NCBI GenBank assembly: GCA_964577555.1
Contig: CAZNZM010000003.1
Coordinates: forward strand, 74,047 to 106,046
DNA from: an uncultured archaeon
GTDB taxonomy: Archaea; Iainarchaeota; Iainarchaeia; Iainarchaeales; Iainarchaeaceae
DNA length: 32,000 nucleotides
Direction of reading: 5' to 3'
Made by a program: the position numbers and the translations under genes. The notes under the pieces are model-generated. The model saw only the letters and a program-made list of their open reading frames with translations, had not been told where the DNA came from and made no database searches. Below, piece after piece: positions 22,201-29,820 of this stretch. How positions within the stretch are numbered: position 1 is the first letter of the stretch; each line of letters begins with the position of its first letter.

Positions 22201-22572
22201 ATGCAATACGTTTCCTCCGTCGCATGCTTCGGCGTTTGTAATTTCATAGCCTTTTATCCATTCTTCTTCGGTTCCAAGCCCTGTTATTTTTACGACTTTT
22301 AAAGGCATTTTGACTTCTCTTCTTGCGCCATCCACGCATTGGTCTATGTATGTTGAAATGTTTGTCAGTTTTAGTTTTGTTCCTTCTGGCACAACAAATG
22401 TGCGTTTATTGTTGTTGGATGTTATTTCTTTGAATTCAGGTGTAAAAGTTATTGTCATGGATGGCGATGTATTGATTTCAAAGTAATGGCAGTGCCTGCC
22501 TGCAAAAACAGGTGAAGAAAATAGCGTTAGGATTATTGGCAATAATAATGCAATTGCTTCAAAGCGTTTCAT
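19204..22572 (-). CDS. Very large secreted protein (about 1122 aa), Cys-containing, no membrane anchor, no recognisable domain
   Basis: The ORF track extends to 22599. I prefer the ATG at 22572 because AGGAGG (minus strand, 22580-22585) lies 7 nt upstream and the product starts with a signal peptide, MKRFEAIALLLPIILTLFSSPVFA. It overlaps the upstream gene by 14 nt. Confidence 0.85.
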   Translation of the reverse strand: MKRFEAIALLLPIILTLFSSPVFAGRHCHYFEINTSPSMTITFTPEFKEITSNNNKRTFVVPEGTKLKLTNISTYIDQCVDGARREVKMPLKVVKITGLGTEEEWIKGYEITNAEACDGGNVLHGIKTDYLESLPFNQAGTYDFRIEYTRKINANPTNPNDWVKYADIQIIVVPGQISIKPAKSNTIGLLKSIWGNETEKEVNFFWEVKNESNVDIKIDSVEPAEGFCSTGGSRGYLKDCSFPDFKPGLELGRNASYILKMKATAQRPNVSPQQEQLSLKITYSDIYGVKTADSRKKIEPINMDVEFTVNAIAITPFLKTGSFQVEPGKKYYAQFCNDSPETTSYGVPVHFFEIYDETGRLVVSRSFHSVAVPNSGDACNKPETLKYYNNSHTGDIEESLLAEFTVPGEIDPEGKTFKNYTWKMEGIIGVNDPSIGNNYKSDFFRIGKTFDGETVQDRIIDISFGPQSYTKAETPLQKATINIFEGTKDLGLFSPELPIGNHGMVSFTIGKVSFTNTLTREKFTTNTLGQRIASNDTEIFIIQENPNSARVYGRTSSRKVITDEPIITNTNLAWIDKEKYMIEIKAVSAGICRELDGSIISTGRNTAFTGKDVKPKIKYEWRPNNISENFCSPDNLGNYNVCDSTQFSIMLIKKLNTINDLISEGNIAQANSKLSFPVYMMRDGFSQDFRNDFDAFMRERFFDNQAQIIKYYTTGNAKQMSWDKYFKDQTRLVFSTPEPILQPGKYLITISFELDDSKFQKLFDNEGNPKAKILVKFTKITDEEFPANLLYYLPIDAYVGKTGDVLHRDGYGVGFKLKNQNSQVPFFILNERHDFDVYTIPTTNDSKPIAIIEVERKNDFISLSKNEPGKILSISKKETNNQTPEYSMTFAASLPIPIIFKAENDGKKNAMGYIIKDSKGSIDAGPSLARLVEIAYLKDETPICNDLDTRKPLPELIGTDSQLSSYTGPKCDIAKELENTRVIYVFGRESTSKNDIALETILYAPSKGDQIRIKNACQNQGVIYVPTLNDNGNISGARYIKGTDTEITLDNPSQALWTISDTLNKIENEQTCIAYGTIEQGYSKAPLNVGIYWNEQEIISNFRDKLNNLSNEGFNANTCFSN

Positions 22573-24274
22573 TTTTTTGCCTCCTTGCAGACAAAGCAAT
22601 TAGAACTAATAAGACAATTATGATTGCGGCAAGTATGATAAATTCAAATTGAACACTGAATTGTTCTTTGTAATTTTCAATTTGTGTGCTTGATTCTTCT
22701 TCACATGTTCCTTTACAGCAAATTCCTTTTTCTGATGCAATGTCAATTTTGTTTCCGTTGCATTTTGTGTTTGATTCGCAAAGCACTCCGCCAAGTTCGT
22801 TGCACGATTTTGGTTTTTCAACTGTTAAATCTATTTCTTTTGATATTTGTTTGTTGTTTTTGAAGTCGTTTACAAGCACTAAATATTTTTTTCTTTCAAT
22901 TGGGTAATATTTTTCAAGGCAATTGCCGGAATCGAAAGATTCATAATATCTTTCTAGGGAATTTTCTGCTTCAACAACCGAAATTGACAAATTAATGTCT
23001 TCTTCGTTGCCGTTTGCTGCAAAGCCGCAAGCCTTTATTTTGAGTTCTGATGGCTCTGAAAAAATCGTTTCAAGCCTGATTTCTCCCTTTTTTCCGTTAT
23101 AATCTGTTTCTATTGGAAATATTTCAAAGCAATACTTGTCGTGGGTTGTGTTGTCTTTTTCTATTGCGCTGCATACTGTGAATTTTTGGTATGCCAAATC
23201 AGGCGTGAAATTTGCGTTTATTTCTTTTTCAATTTCTTTGAATTTTAAAGCAGGTATGTGTTGTTTTCCTTCGAATATTTTTTTTGCGTCTTTTTCTATC
23301 CAAATTGAAACGTTGAAATCGTAAAAATCCGGTTTTGTGTAATGGTCCGGAGAAGAGCCTATTAATGCATAAATTTTGACTGGTTTGTTTGGTTTTAATT
23401 CATCTCCATAAAAAGCCATTTTTTTTATTTTTGCGGTGGGTCCTTCAACTATTGCTCTATTTCTGTAAAGCGAGATTGTTTTGCCGTCTTTGTCCATTAA
23501 CTCTATTCTGATTGCGTATGCGCCTGGCATTGCTGGTGCTTTGAGTGTTAAATTGACTTGTTTTTCTTCGTTGGCTTCCAATTCAAGGTTTGTTTTTGCT
23601 TCTGTTAAAAATTTTTCGCATGCTGTGTCGTCCCAATCGCATAAACCAGTCCAAAGAACAAGGTTTTGTAATTTTTGATTTGACTGGTTTTTCAAGAAAA
23701 TTTTACCTTCAATGTTTTGTTCTGGTTTAACCCAAGTTCCGATTGGTCCTGTGTCTCCGTTGAATTCTGTTTTTGTTCTTATTATGGTTGCGTTAGGGAA
23801 AGAGCCTGTTCCTTGTACTTTGAATTCTTTTTCAACAGGGTTGAGGAAAATATGAGGTATTCCGGTTATTGGGGATCTTTTTGTTTTGAAGTATGCTAAA
23901 ATAGTGTAAGTTCCTTCTTTGATATCTTTTGGCAGTGGGATTTCAAATGGGATTTTTTTTTCTTGGTTGGGCAACAATGCTATTGGGAACTTTTTTTCAA
24001 GGAAAATGTTTCCATTGTCTGAGAGTTGGGATGGATAACTTATGCTGCCTTTTGGTCCTGAAGCGATTTCTACAATTATTTCAGAATCATAAAATCCTGC
24101 TGAATCAGAATTGCCTGCTCTAAAATATCCTTTTAAATTTTCTCCCGCCTTGAGATTGTCTTTTTCAAGGTTTATTTCTACAAATCCTGTAAAAAATATG
24201 CTGGCTGATTGGGTTGGCATTGCCGAGAGAATCAGGATTATAATGCACATTGTTTTTGCAAAATAGGTTGCCAC
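22559..24274 (-). CDS. Secreted protein with CARDB-like beta-sandwich domains, C-terminal Cys-rich module and TM anchor
   Basis: 571 aa. The GTG start directly abuts the upstream TAA (TAAGTG). Signal peptide MATYFAKTMCIIILILSAMPTQSAS. C-terminal module CNELGGVLCESNTKCNGNKIDIASEKGICCKGTCEE, then FIILAAIIIVLLVLIALSARRQK. Confidence 0.85.
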   Translation of the reverse strand: MATYFAKTMCIIILILSAMPTQSASIFFTGFVEINLEKDNLKAGENLKGYFRAGNSDSAGFYDSEIIVEIASGPKGSISYPSQLSDNGNIFLEKKFPIALLPNQEKKIPFEIPLPKDIKEGTYTILAYFKTKRSPITGIPHIFLNPVEKEFKVQGTGSFPNATIIRTKTEFNGDTGPIGTWVKPEQNIEGKIFLKNQSNQKLQNLVLWTGLCDWDDTACEKFLTEAKTNLELEANEEKQVNLTLKAPAMPGAYAIRIELMDKDGKTISLYRNRAIVEGPTAKIKKMAFYGDELKPNKPVKIYALIGSSPDHYTKPDFYDFNVSIWIEKDAKKIFEGKQHIPALKFKEIEKEINANFTPDLAYQKFTVCSAIEKDNTTHDKYCFEIFPIETDYNGKKGEIRLETIFSEPSELKIKACGFAANGNEEDINLSISVVEAENSLERYYESFDSGNCLEKYYPIERKKYLVLVNDFKNNKQISKEIDLTVEKPKSCNELGGVLCESNTKCNGNKIDIASEKGICCKGTCEEESSTQIENYKEQFSVQFEFIILAAIIIVLLVLIALSARRQKNETL

Positions 24275-27200
24275 TTAATCAACTCCTTTATAGTAATCTT
24301 CAATTGTAATTAAAAAGAATGGATCTTCTAGGTTGTTTGTCAGGCCTGTGTTGGAAAGTATCAGTATTTCTTCTCTTGAGTTTGGGGTTTTGTTTATTTG
24401 CAATGGTGTTATATTGAGTTTTCTTGTGAATTTGTTGGCAAGGTCATTGTAAGGGTATGATTTGTTCAGGTTGTTTTCAGCTGGATCTTCTAGGCCTGTG
24501 TATGCTTTGTTTATTATGGCTACTTTCTCTTTGCCGTTTAAGAAGTCAAGCGTGTATTTGTTGTTGAGTTCGTCGCCCGCAAGCATTTCTGGGTTAATGC
24601 GTGTTATTACTAGTCTTGCTGTTTCGTCGTTAATTATAACTTTTACTATTCCTGCTCTATAAATTTTTGTTTCGCCTTTGTATTTTGCCAAAACATAAAT
24701 CGGGTGTATCCCTAATTGCTTATTGGATGATACGTTGAAAGTCGCTTTGTTTCCAGGTGTTAGCGTAATAGGTTCTGATTCGTTTAATGTTTCCGAAAGC
24801 CTTGTTATTGAATCTTTTATCACTATGTCGCTTTCCGTGTCTTTTGCAAGTTTTATTTCTATTTCTTTTTCGCATTCGTTTTGTATATTAAAATTGGTTG
24901 TATTTTTTCTTTGTATTTGAAGGATTAATTCATTTTCTATTTCTGGTGTTTCATTGTTTTCTTTTGAAAATTTTACGCATTGTATTGTTTCTTTTTGCGG
25001 CAAAGGGATTGACACGGTTTGCAATTCTGCGCTTGCGGTTTTATAATTTGGCAGTTTTTCAGCTTTAACAATTATTTTTTTGCCGCTTTCAAAAGGCGGC
25101 ACCGTCAAATTTACTATTCCTGAATTGTTTGTCAGGTAATTTGTGTTTTTTGATATTTGCGTGTCCGGGTCTTGAGGGTTTTCATACATTTTTATTTCGG
25201 CTTCGTTTATTGGGTTGTTTCTTTCATCTTTTGCGGTGGCAAGAACCATTGTTGTTATTCCTGCAGTGATTGTAGTTGGTTGCAGTGTCAGTAAAATGTT
25301 TTTTAATCCTTCAACTGCTAAATTGGCTATAAATGTGTCTCCTTTGGTTCCAAGGTTCAAGCTTAAATTCAAGTCTGCTTCTTGCAAAGGTTTTTTTGCA
25401 ACGAATTCAACTCTGTATTCTTGTCCTGTTATTTGTTGGTTTGCGCCGAATTCTCCTATTGTTCTCTCGTTTCCAACAGTTATTTCAAGGGGGTTTAAAG
25501 CGTTTTTGTTTTTTACTGTCATTTTGACGTTTGAATAGCTTTTTCCTGATAAATTCAAAAGCGAGTATGTTAACGTATATGTTTTTCCTTCAAGCAGCTT
25601 GTAAATTTTTTGTTCTTCCAGCGGAATGGTTCTTTCTTCATCAATCAAATTTACTGATGTGAAAACGATTCCGCAATTAGATTTGCATATTGGGGCATCA
25701 AGTCTTGCACTCCAAAAATATAATTCTCTTGGTTTTGGTTTAAATGTTTCAACACCGTTAATTGTTCCTTTTGCACCCCAGCGCATTTCTATGATTGTAT
25801 CTGGTTTTTGTGTTTCTGGAATTTCTTTTATTTTTACTGCCGCTGAAATTATGTAAGTGGTTTTTTCGGATGTGCCTAATGAAATTACTGCTTGTTTAGC
25901 GTCGCCAGAGGTTATGGAACAATCAGCATAGTCGTTTTCAGGGTTGAAGCATCCTGAATAAACCACTTCTGTTGATGCCGCATTTATTCCTGTTATTACT
26001 ATTTTGCTGTCATTGGAGTTTGTTTGGTTTTGAAGCCCGGCTCTGAAAACCGCTTTGAGGTTTTCTATTTTGTCTCCTGTTTGAAGCCTGAATTTGAAAA
26101 CGTATTTTTTTCCTGATTCTATTTTGTCTGCAATTCTTCCATCTTCTTTGAAAACGTTTTCCAATTCTATTTTGAATTCTGGATTTGCTGGGGGTTCTGG
26201 CAGTTTGACAAGTGTTACTGTTTCTATTTTTTTTACGTCTGGTTCTATTGTTATTTGTCCTGTTTCAGTTTTCAAATACCCGTTTTTTTGTATTATTAGT
26301 TTTGGTTTTGCATCTACTTTGAATTTTACTGATTCTGTCAATCCGTTGTTTTGAGTGATTTTTTTGGCTAGTTCTTTTCCGTTTATTGAATCTATGAAAC
26401 TGACGTTTGCACTTTGCACTGCTTTGCCGTCAACGTCAACTACTTTGACTGCCAATTCGCCGTTAGCCAGTACAATGGTTATTGGCAATTCTAGAGTTCT
26501 GCCTGGTCTGAGGTCTGCTTTTGCCGATTTGCCTGTGTTTTTTGCACCATCCACGTATTTCACTGCTTCTGCGTAATAATTGCCCGGTGGCATGTTGTTT
26601 GCTTCAAATATTCCGTTTGAATCGGTTTCGCCTTCAACGAAAATAATTGGGTTGGATTTTTCATAAATAGCCACGCTTGCGTTTGGTACGCTCTTTCTTG
26701 AATAGTCATTGACAATTACTTTGATTTTGCCCGAGTTAGATTGTTCAGCTTTTTCGATTTTGATTTCTTGCGGCTGTGTGCTGTCAATTGGTTTGAGATC
26801 TAAATGCGGTATTATTTTTCTGACATATTCTGGGTGGCTTGCTATTGCTGAATAGTTTTTGTCAGGTTCCAGGTTTATGAAAGAGACAATTCCGTCAGAG
26901 CCAGATGTTTTTAATACGCCTGAGTTTTGCAAGCCGATTATTAGGTTTGTATTGACTCCTTCTACTGCTGTTGAGGATTTTTTGTCAATAAATTTCAAGA
27001 GTGCCTTTTTTGCATTGTTTGGTTTTTCCAAGAGTATTTCTATTGTTTTTGTGTTTCCTTCTGAAAATTCAGCAGCTCCTATTGTGAATTCGTTGCTTTG
27101 TCCTATTGTATAACCTGTGTTTTCTGGAGGAATTGCTTCTGCAATATAAGTTCCGAGTGGGACGTTTGGAATTATTTTGGATCCGCTGTCGTCTGTGTAG

Positions 27201-28183
27201 CCTCCGTCAATTATTGTTATGCCGTTAGATTTTATTTTGATTTTTGTTCCGCCTATGCCTGTAAGCAGTGTTTTGTCTTTGACGCTGACTCTTAAAGTTG
27301 CATTGATTTTCTTTTTTGAAAGCCTGATTACTTTTGTCCCTTCAAATGATGCCAAGTCGATTAATTCTCTTGCATCGTTGAAACCGGTTGCAGAAACATT
27401 TATTGTGAGCATTCCGCAATTTGATTGCACTGAAATCCTGTGGTTTGGTCCGTTGCCTCTTATTGGCGAGGGTGAAATTCCTGAATTGTTGCATGAAAAT
27501 GTAAGGCTTACATTGACGTTTGGCGCTATTAGATTGCGCTCCTCGTCCCTTAGCTCTATTCCTATTTGTTTCACTTTTGTTTCTTCGTATTTTTTGAGTT
27601 TTATGCGGTAAAGTTTTTCAGGTTGTATATCCAATACATCGGCGTATTTTTTGAATCTGTTGTCATCAACCGAAACATTGATTTTTTTTCCGTAAAATTC
27701 GGTTGTGAATTCCCCGCTTGCATTTGTTTTTTTTGTTTCAGTTTTTTTTCCAAGAGAAAAATTAACTGATATGTCTTTGACTGGCTTGTTTGCTTCATCG
27801 GTTACGATGAATTTTGCCGGGCTTTTTGTAAAACCGAAAAATTTCAATATTGGGTCAAAAATCGTTTTTAAGATGTTGCCAATGGGTTCAAGTGGCCCGC
27901 CTTTTTCGAATAATTTTATTATTGGCGAAAGTGTTTCTGCAATGAATTTTACAACTGGTTCAAGTGGTCCGCCGTGTCCGCCAAAAAATAGAAGCAGAAG
28001 CAAAGAAACTACGAAAAGAAAAAATAGGATTACTAGTATGAATGATGGAAAGTATTTGTCAATTGGGTCGATTATATTGTATATTGGGATTTTTTCGTTT
28101 GCTTTGTCAAGTAGTTCATAATACTTGTCTTCAAAAAAATAATAAACTTCTTTGATTTGTTGTATAAGGTCCTCCAATGCCAC
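24275..28183 (-). CDS. Giant N-terminally anchored envelope protein (1302 aa) with about 6 tandem carboxypeptidase-regulatory-like (transthyretin-fold) domains and a long uncharacterised beta-rich C-terminal region
   Basis: GTG start at 28183. A cytoplasmic segment of about 45 aa is followed by TM FPSFILVILFFLFVVSLLLLLFF and a duplicated GGPLEP juxtamembrane motif. Repeats include IKVIVNDYSRKSVPNASVAIYE...GETDSNGIFEANNMPPGNYYAEAVK and LRVSVKDKTLLTGIGGTKIKIKS...YTDDSGSKIIPNVPLGTYIAEA. Confidence 0.9.
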   Translation of the reverse strand: MALEDLIQQIKEVYYFFEDKYYELLDKANEKIPIYNIIDPIDKYFPSFILVILFFLFVVSLLLLLFFGGHGGPLEPVVKFIAETLSPIIKLFEKGGPLEPIGNILKTIFDPILKFFGFTKSPAKFIVTDEANKPVKDISVNFSLGKKTETKKTNASGEFTTEFYGKKINVSVDDNRFKKYADVLDIQPEKLYRIKLKKYEETKVKQIGIELRDEERNLIAPNVNVSLTFSCNNSGISPSPIRGNGPNHRISVQSNCGMLTINVSATGFNDARELIDLASFEGTKVIRLSKKKINATLRVSVKDKTLLTGIGGTKIKIKSNGITIIDGGYTDDSGSKIIPNVPLGTYIAEAIPPENTGYTIGQSNEFTIGAAEFSEGNTKTIEILLEKPNNAKKALLKFIDKKSSTAVEGVNTNLIIGLQNSGVLKTSGSDGIVSFINLEPDKNYSAIASHPEYVRKIIPHLDLKPIDSTQPQEIKIEKAEQSNSGKIKVIVNDYSRKSVPNASVAIYEKSNPIIFVEGETDSNGIFEANNMPPGNYYAEAVKYVDGAKNTGKSAKADLRPGRTLELPITIVLANGELAVKVVDVDGKAVQSANVSFIDSINGKELAKKITQNNGLTESVKFKVDAKPKLIIQKNGYLKTETGQITIEPDVKKIETVTLVKLPEPPANPEFKIELENVFKEDGRIADKIESGKKYVFKFRLQTGDKIENLKAVFRAGLQNQTNSNDSKIVITGINAASTEVVYSGCFNPENDYADCSITSGDAKQAVISLGTSEKTTYIISAAVKIKEIPETQKPDTIIEMRWGAKGTINGVETFKPKPRELYFWSARLDAPICKSNCGIVFTSVNLIDEERTIPLEEQKIYKLLEGKTYTLTYSLLNLSGKSYSNVKMTVKNKNALNPLEITVGNERTIGEFGANQQITGQEYRVEFVAKKPLQEADLNLSLNLGTKGDTFIANLAVEGLKNILLTLQPTTITAGITTMVLATAKDERNNPINEAEIKMYENPQDPDTQISKNTNYLTNNSGIVNLTVPPFESGKKIIVKAEKLPNYKTASAELQTVSIPLPQKETIQCVKFSKENNETPEIENELILQIQRKNTTNFNIQNECEKEIEIKLAKDTESDIVIKDSITRLSETLNESEPITLTPGNKATFNVSSNKQLGIHPIYVLAKYKGETKIYRAGIVKVIINDETARLVITRINPEMLAGDELNNKYTLDFLNGKEKVAIINKAYTGLEDPAENNLNKSYPYNDLANKFTRKLNITPLQINKTPNSREEILILSNTGLTNNLEDPFFLITIEDYYKGVD

Positions 28184-28210
28184 GAAAAAACCCCGCTTTT
28201 ATTTTGGACT

Positions 28211-28225
28211 CTTAAATAAAGGGTT
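28211..28225 (-). promoter_or_regulatory. Candidate TATA box of the giant-protein operon
   Basis: The minus strand reads CCTTTATTTAAGAG about 28-35 nt upstream of the GTG at 28183, implying a short or absent leader. Confidence 0.3.
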
Positions 28226-28289
28226 ATAAAGTATTTAAAGTAATTTATGGTTGTTTAATAGCTTAAAAATCGTTTTTTCTTTGTTTTAC

Positions 28290-28660
28290 GTTATTTAAGT
28301 CATTTTTTTCACTTTTAAAAAAATCAAAATTTTTGTTGTCTATTTTGGTAGTCGGCTTTTGGAATTTTTTTCGCCAAGCCAATTTTTGTATTTTTTTTGT
28401 CTTTGGTTTGGTTTTTTTTTGCGAGCCATTTTTTTTTAGTCATGTTTATTTTTTTTTTAATTAAAATTGTTTTGTTTTTTTTTGATTTTTTTTTATTTTG
28501 ATATTTGCGGACTTTTTTTGTCATTTTTTTTGTTTTTGCCCTGTTTTTTTTGTTATCTGATTTTTTTATTTTTTAATTTTTGAATTTTTTTTTAGATACA
28601 GATTATTTTTTTGTCTTTGTCTTGCTTTTTTGTTGTTTTTCAAACTAAACTTTTTTATAT
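28290..28660 (+). repeat. Oligo(T)-tract array D (inside the about 500-bp divergent promoter region)
   Basis: T7-T10 runs with CGCCAAGCCAA (28371-81), T8-GTCTTTGGTTTGG-T9-GCGAGCCA-T9-AGTCATG (28391-28444), GCGGAC-T7-GTCAT-T8-G (28508-28533) and T9-AGATAC (about 28586-28600). Confidence 0.6.
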
Positions 28661-28681
28661 TTTAATATCCTAGTTAATGAA

Positions 28682-29773
28682 ATGAAAATTGAAAGTAAGT
28701 TGCTTGCGAAGCCGGAAGATGTTGTTCCAACCACGCCGAAGTTCAGGGTCAGGGGTGTTTTTAACCCTGCGGCTATAAGGTTGAAGAGTAAAAAAATACT
28801 TCTTTTGGCAAGAGTGGCTGAAACTCCTTTTCATGGTGAAAAATATTTTATTGCGCCAAGGTTTGCCGGCAAGTCAAAGACTAAAATTATAATGGAAAAA
28901 ATTTTGAGAAAAGAAGGCAAATTCAAAGAAAATTATTTTCTCTTTGATTCTGAAATTGCTAGGTTGCCTACTATTTCTCATTTGAGAAAGATTTTGCTTG
29001 ACGAGTCTGGCATGAATGTTGAAAAGATTTCCAACAAACCTGATTTTATGGGTTTGGAAAATGATGGGGATTTTGGCGTTGAAGATCCAAGGGTTACTTG
29101 TTTTAAAAAAGAGGGTTTTTGTGCAATGACTTATGTTTCTGTTTCAATGTACACTGGCGTCTCAACTTCTCTTGCAATTACAAAAGACCTTAAAAATTGG
29201 TCTCGTGAAGGAATAATTTTCAGGCAACAAAACAAGGATGTTGTGATTTATCCTGAGAAAATAAATGGTTATTATGTTGCTTTGCATAGGCCTGAAGGTA
29301 CGATGATTTTTGACAAGCCGAGAATTTGGCTTTCTTATTCCAAGGACTTGGTGTTTTGGGGGCGGGACAAAGCAATTATGAGTCCGCGGAAAGGGTGTTG
29401 GGACGGTTTAAGGATAGGTAATGGGAGCGTTCCGCTTAAAATTGATGATGGTTGGCTCGAGTTTTATCATGGGGTAAGTCTTTCCGATCAAAACAATCCG
29501 GATTCTCAAAAAATTTATTGTGCAGGTGCGGTAGTATTTGACTATAAGGATCCTTCCAAGATTTTGGCTCGTTCTCCTGCAAAAAAGCCTTTGCTTTCGC
29601 CTGAACAAGATTATGAAAAATCAGGTTTTGTCAGCCATGTTGTTTTTCCTACTGCCGCTTTGCTTGACTCTGACAAAAAGCATGTTTTGGTTTTTGGCGG
29701 AGGCGGAGATTCTTCGATTTTTGTCAAGAGGCTTGCCCTCAATGACGTTTTGAACTCGTTGGAATGGAGTTAG
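28682..29773 (+). CDS. GH130-family glycosidase/phosphorylase (PH1107-related, DUF377 beta-propeller)
   Basis: 363 aa with motifs VFNPAAIRLKSKKILLLARV, GVEDPRVTCF, KDVVIYPEKINGYYVALHRP, WDGLRIGNGSVPLKIDDGWLEFYHGV and SGFVSHVVFPTA...VLVFGGGGDSSIFV. Confidence 0.8.
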   Translation: MKIESKLLAKPEDVVPTTPKFRVRGVFNPAAIRLKSKKILLLARVAETPFHGEKYFIAPRFAGKSKTKIIMEKILRKEGKFKENYFLFDSEIARLPTISHLRKILLDESGMNVEKISNKPDFMGLENDGDFGVEDPRVTCFKKEGFCAMTYVSVSMYTGVSTSLAITKDLKNWSREGIIFRQQNKDVVIYPEKINGYYVALHRPEGTMIFDKPRIWLSYSKDLVFWGRDKAIMSPRKGCWDGLRIGNGSVPLKIDDGWLEFYHGVSLSDQNNPDSQKIYCAGAVVFDYKDPSKILARSPAKKPLLSPEQDYEKSGFVSHVVFPTAALLDSDKKHVLVFGGGGDSSIFVKRLALNDVLNSLEWS

Positions 29774-29820
29774 CTATAAATACATCTTGTGCAACAAATT
29801 CTTATAGGTGAAAAATTACG

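Noticed and set aside
22573-22599. Upstream ATG (22599) as the start of the 1131-aa ORF
   Set aside because: The extension MLCLQGGKK has no SD. The ATG at 22572 has AGGAGG 7 nt upstream and begins a proper signal peptide.
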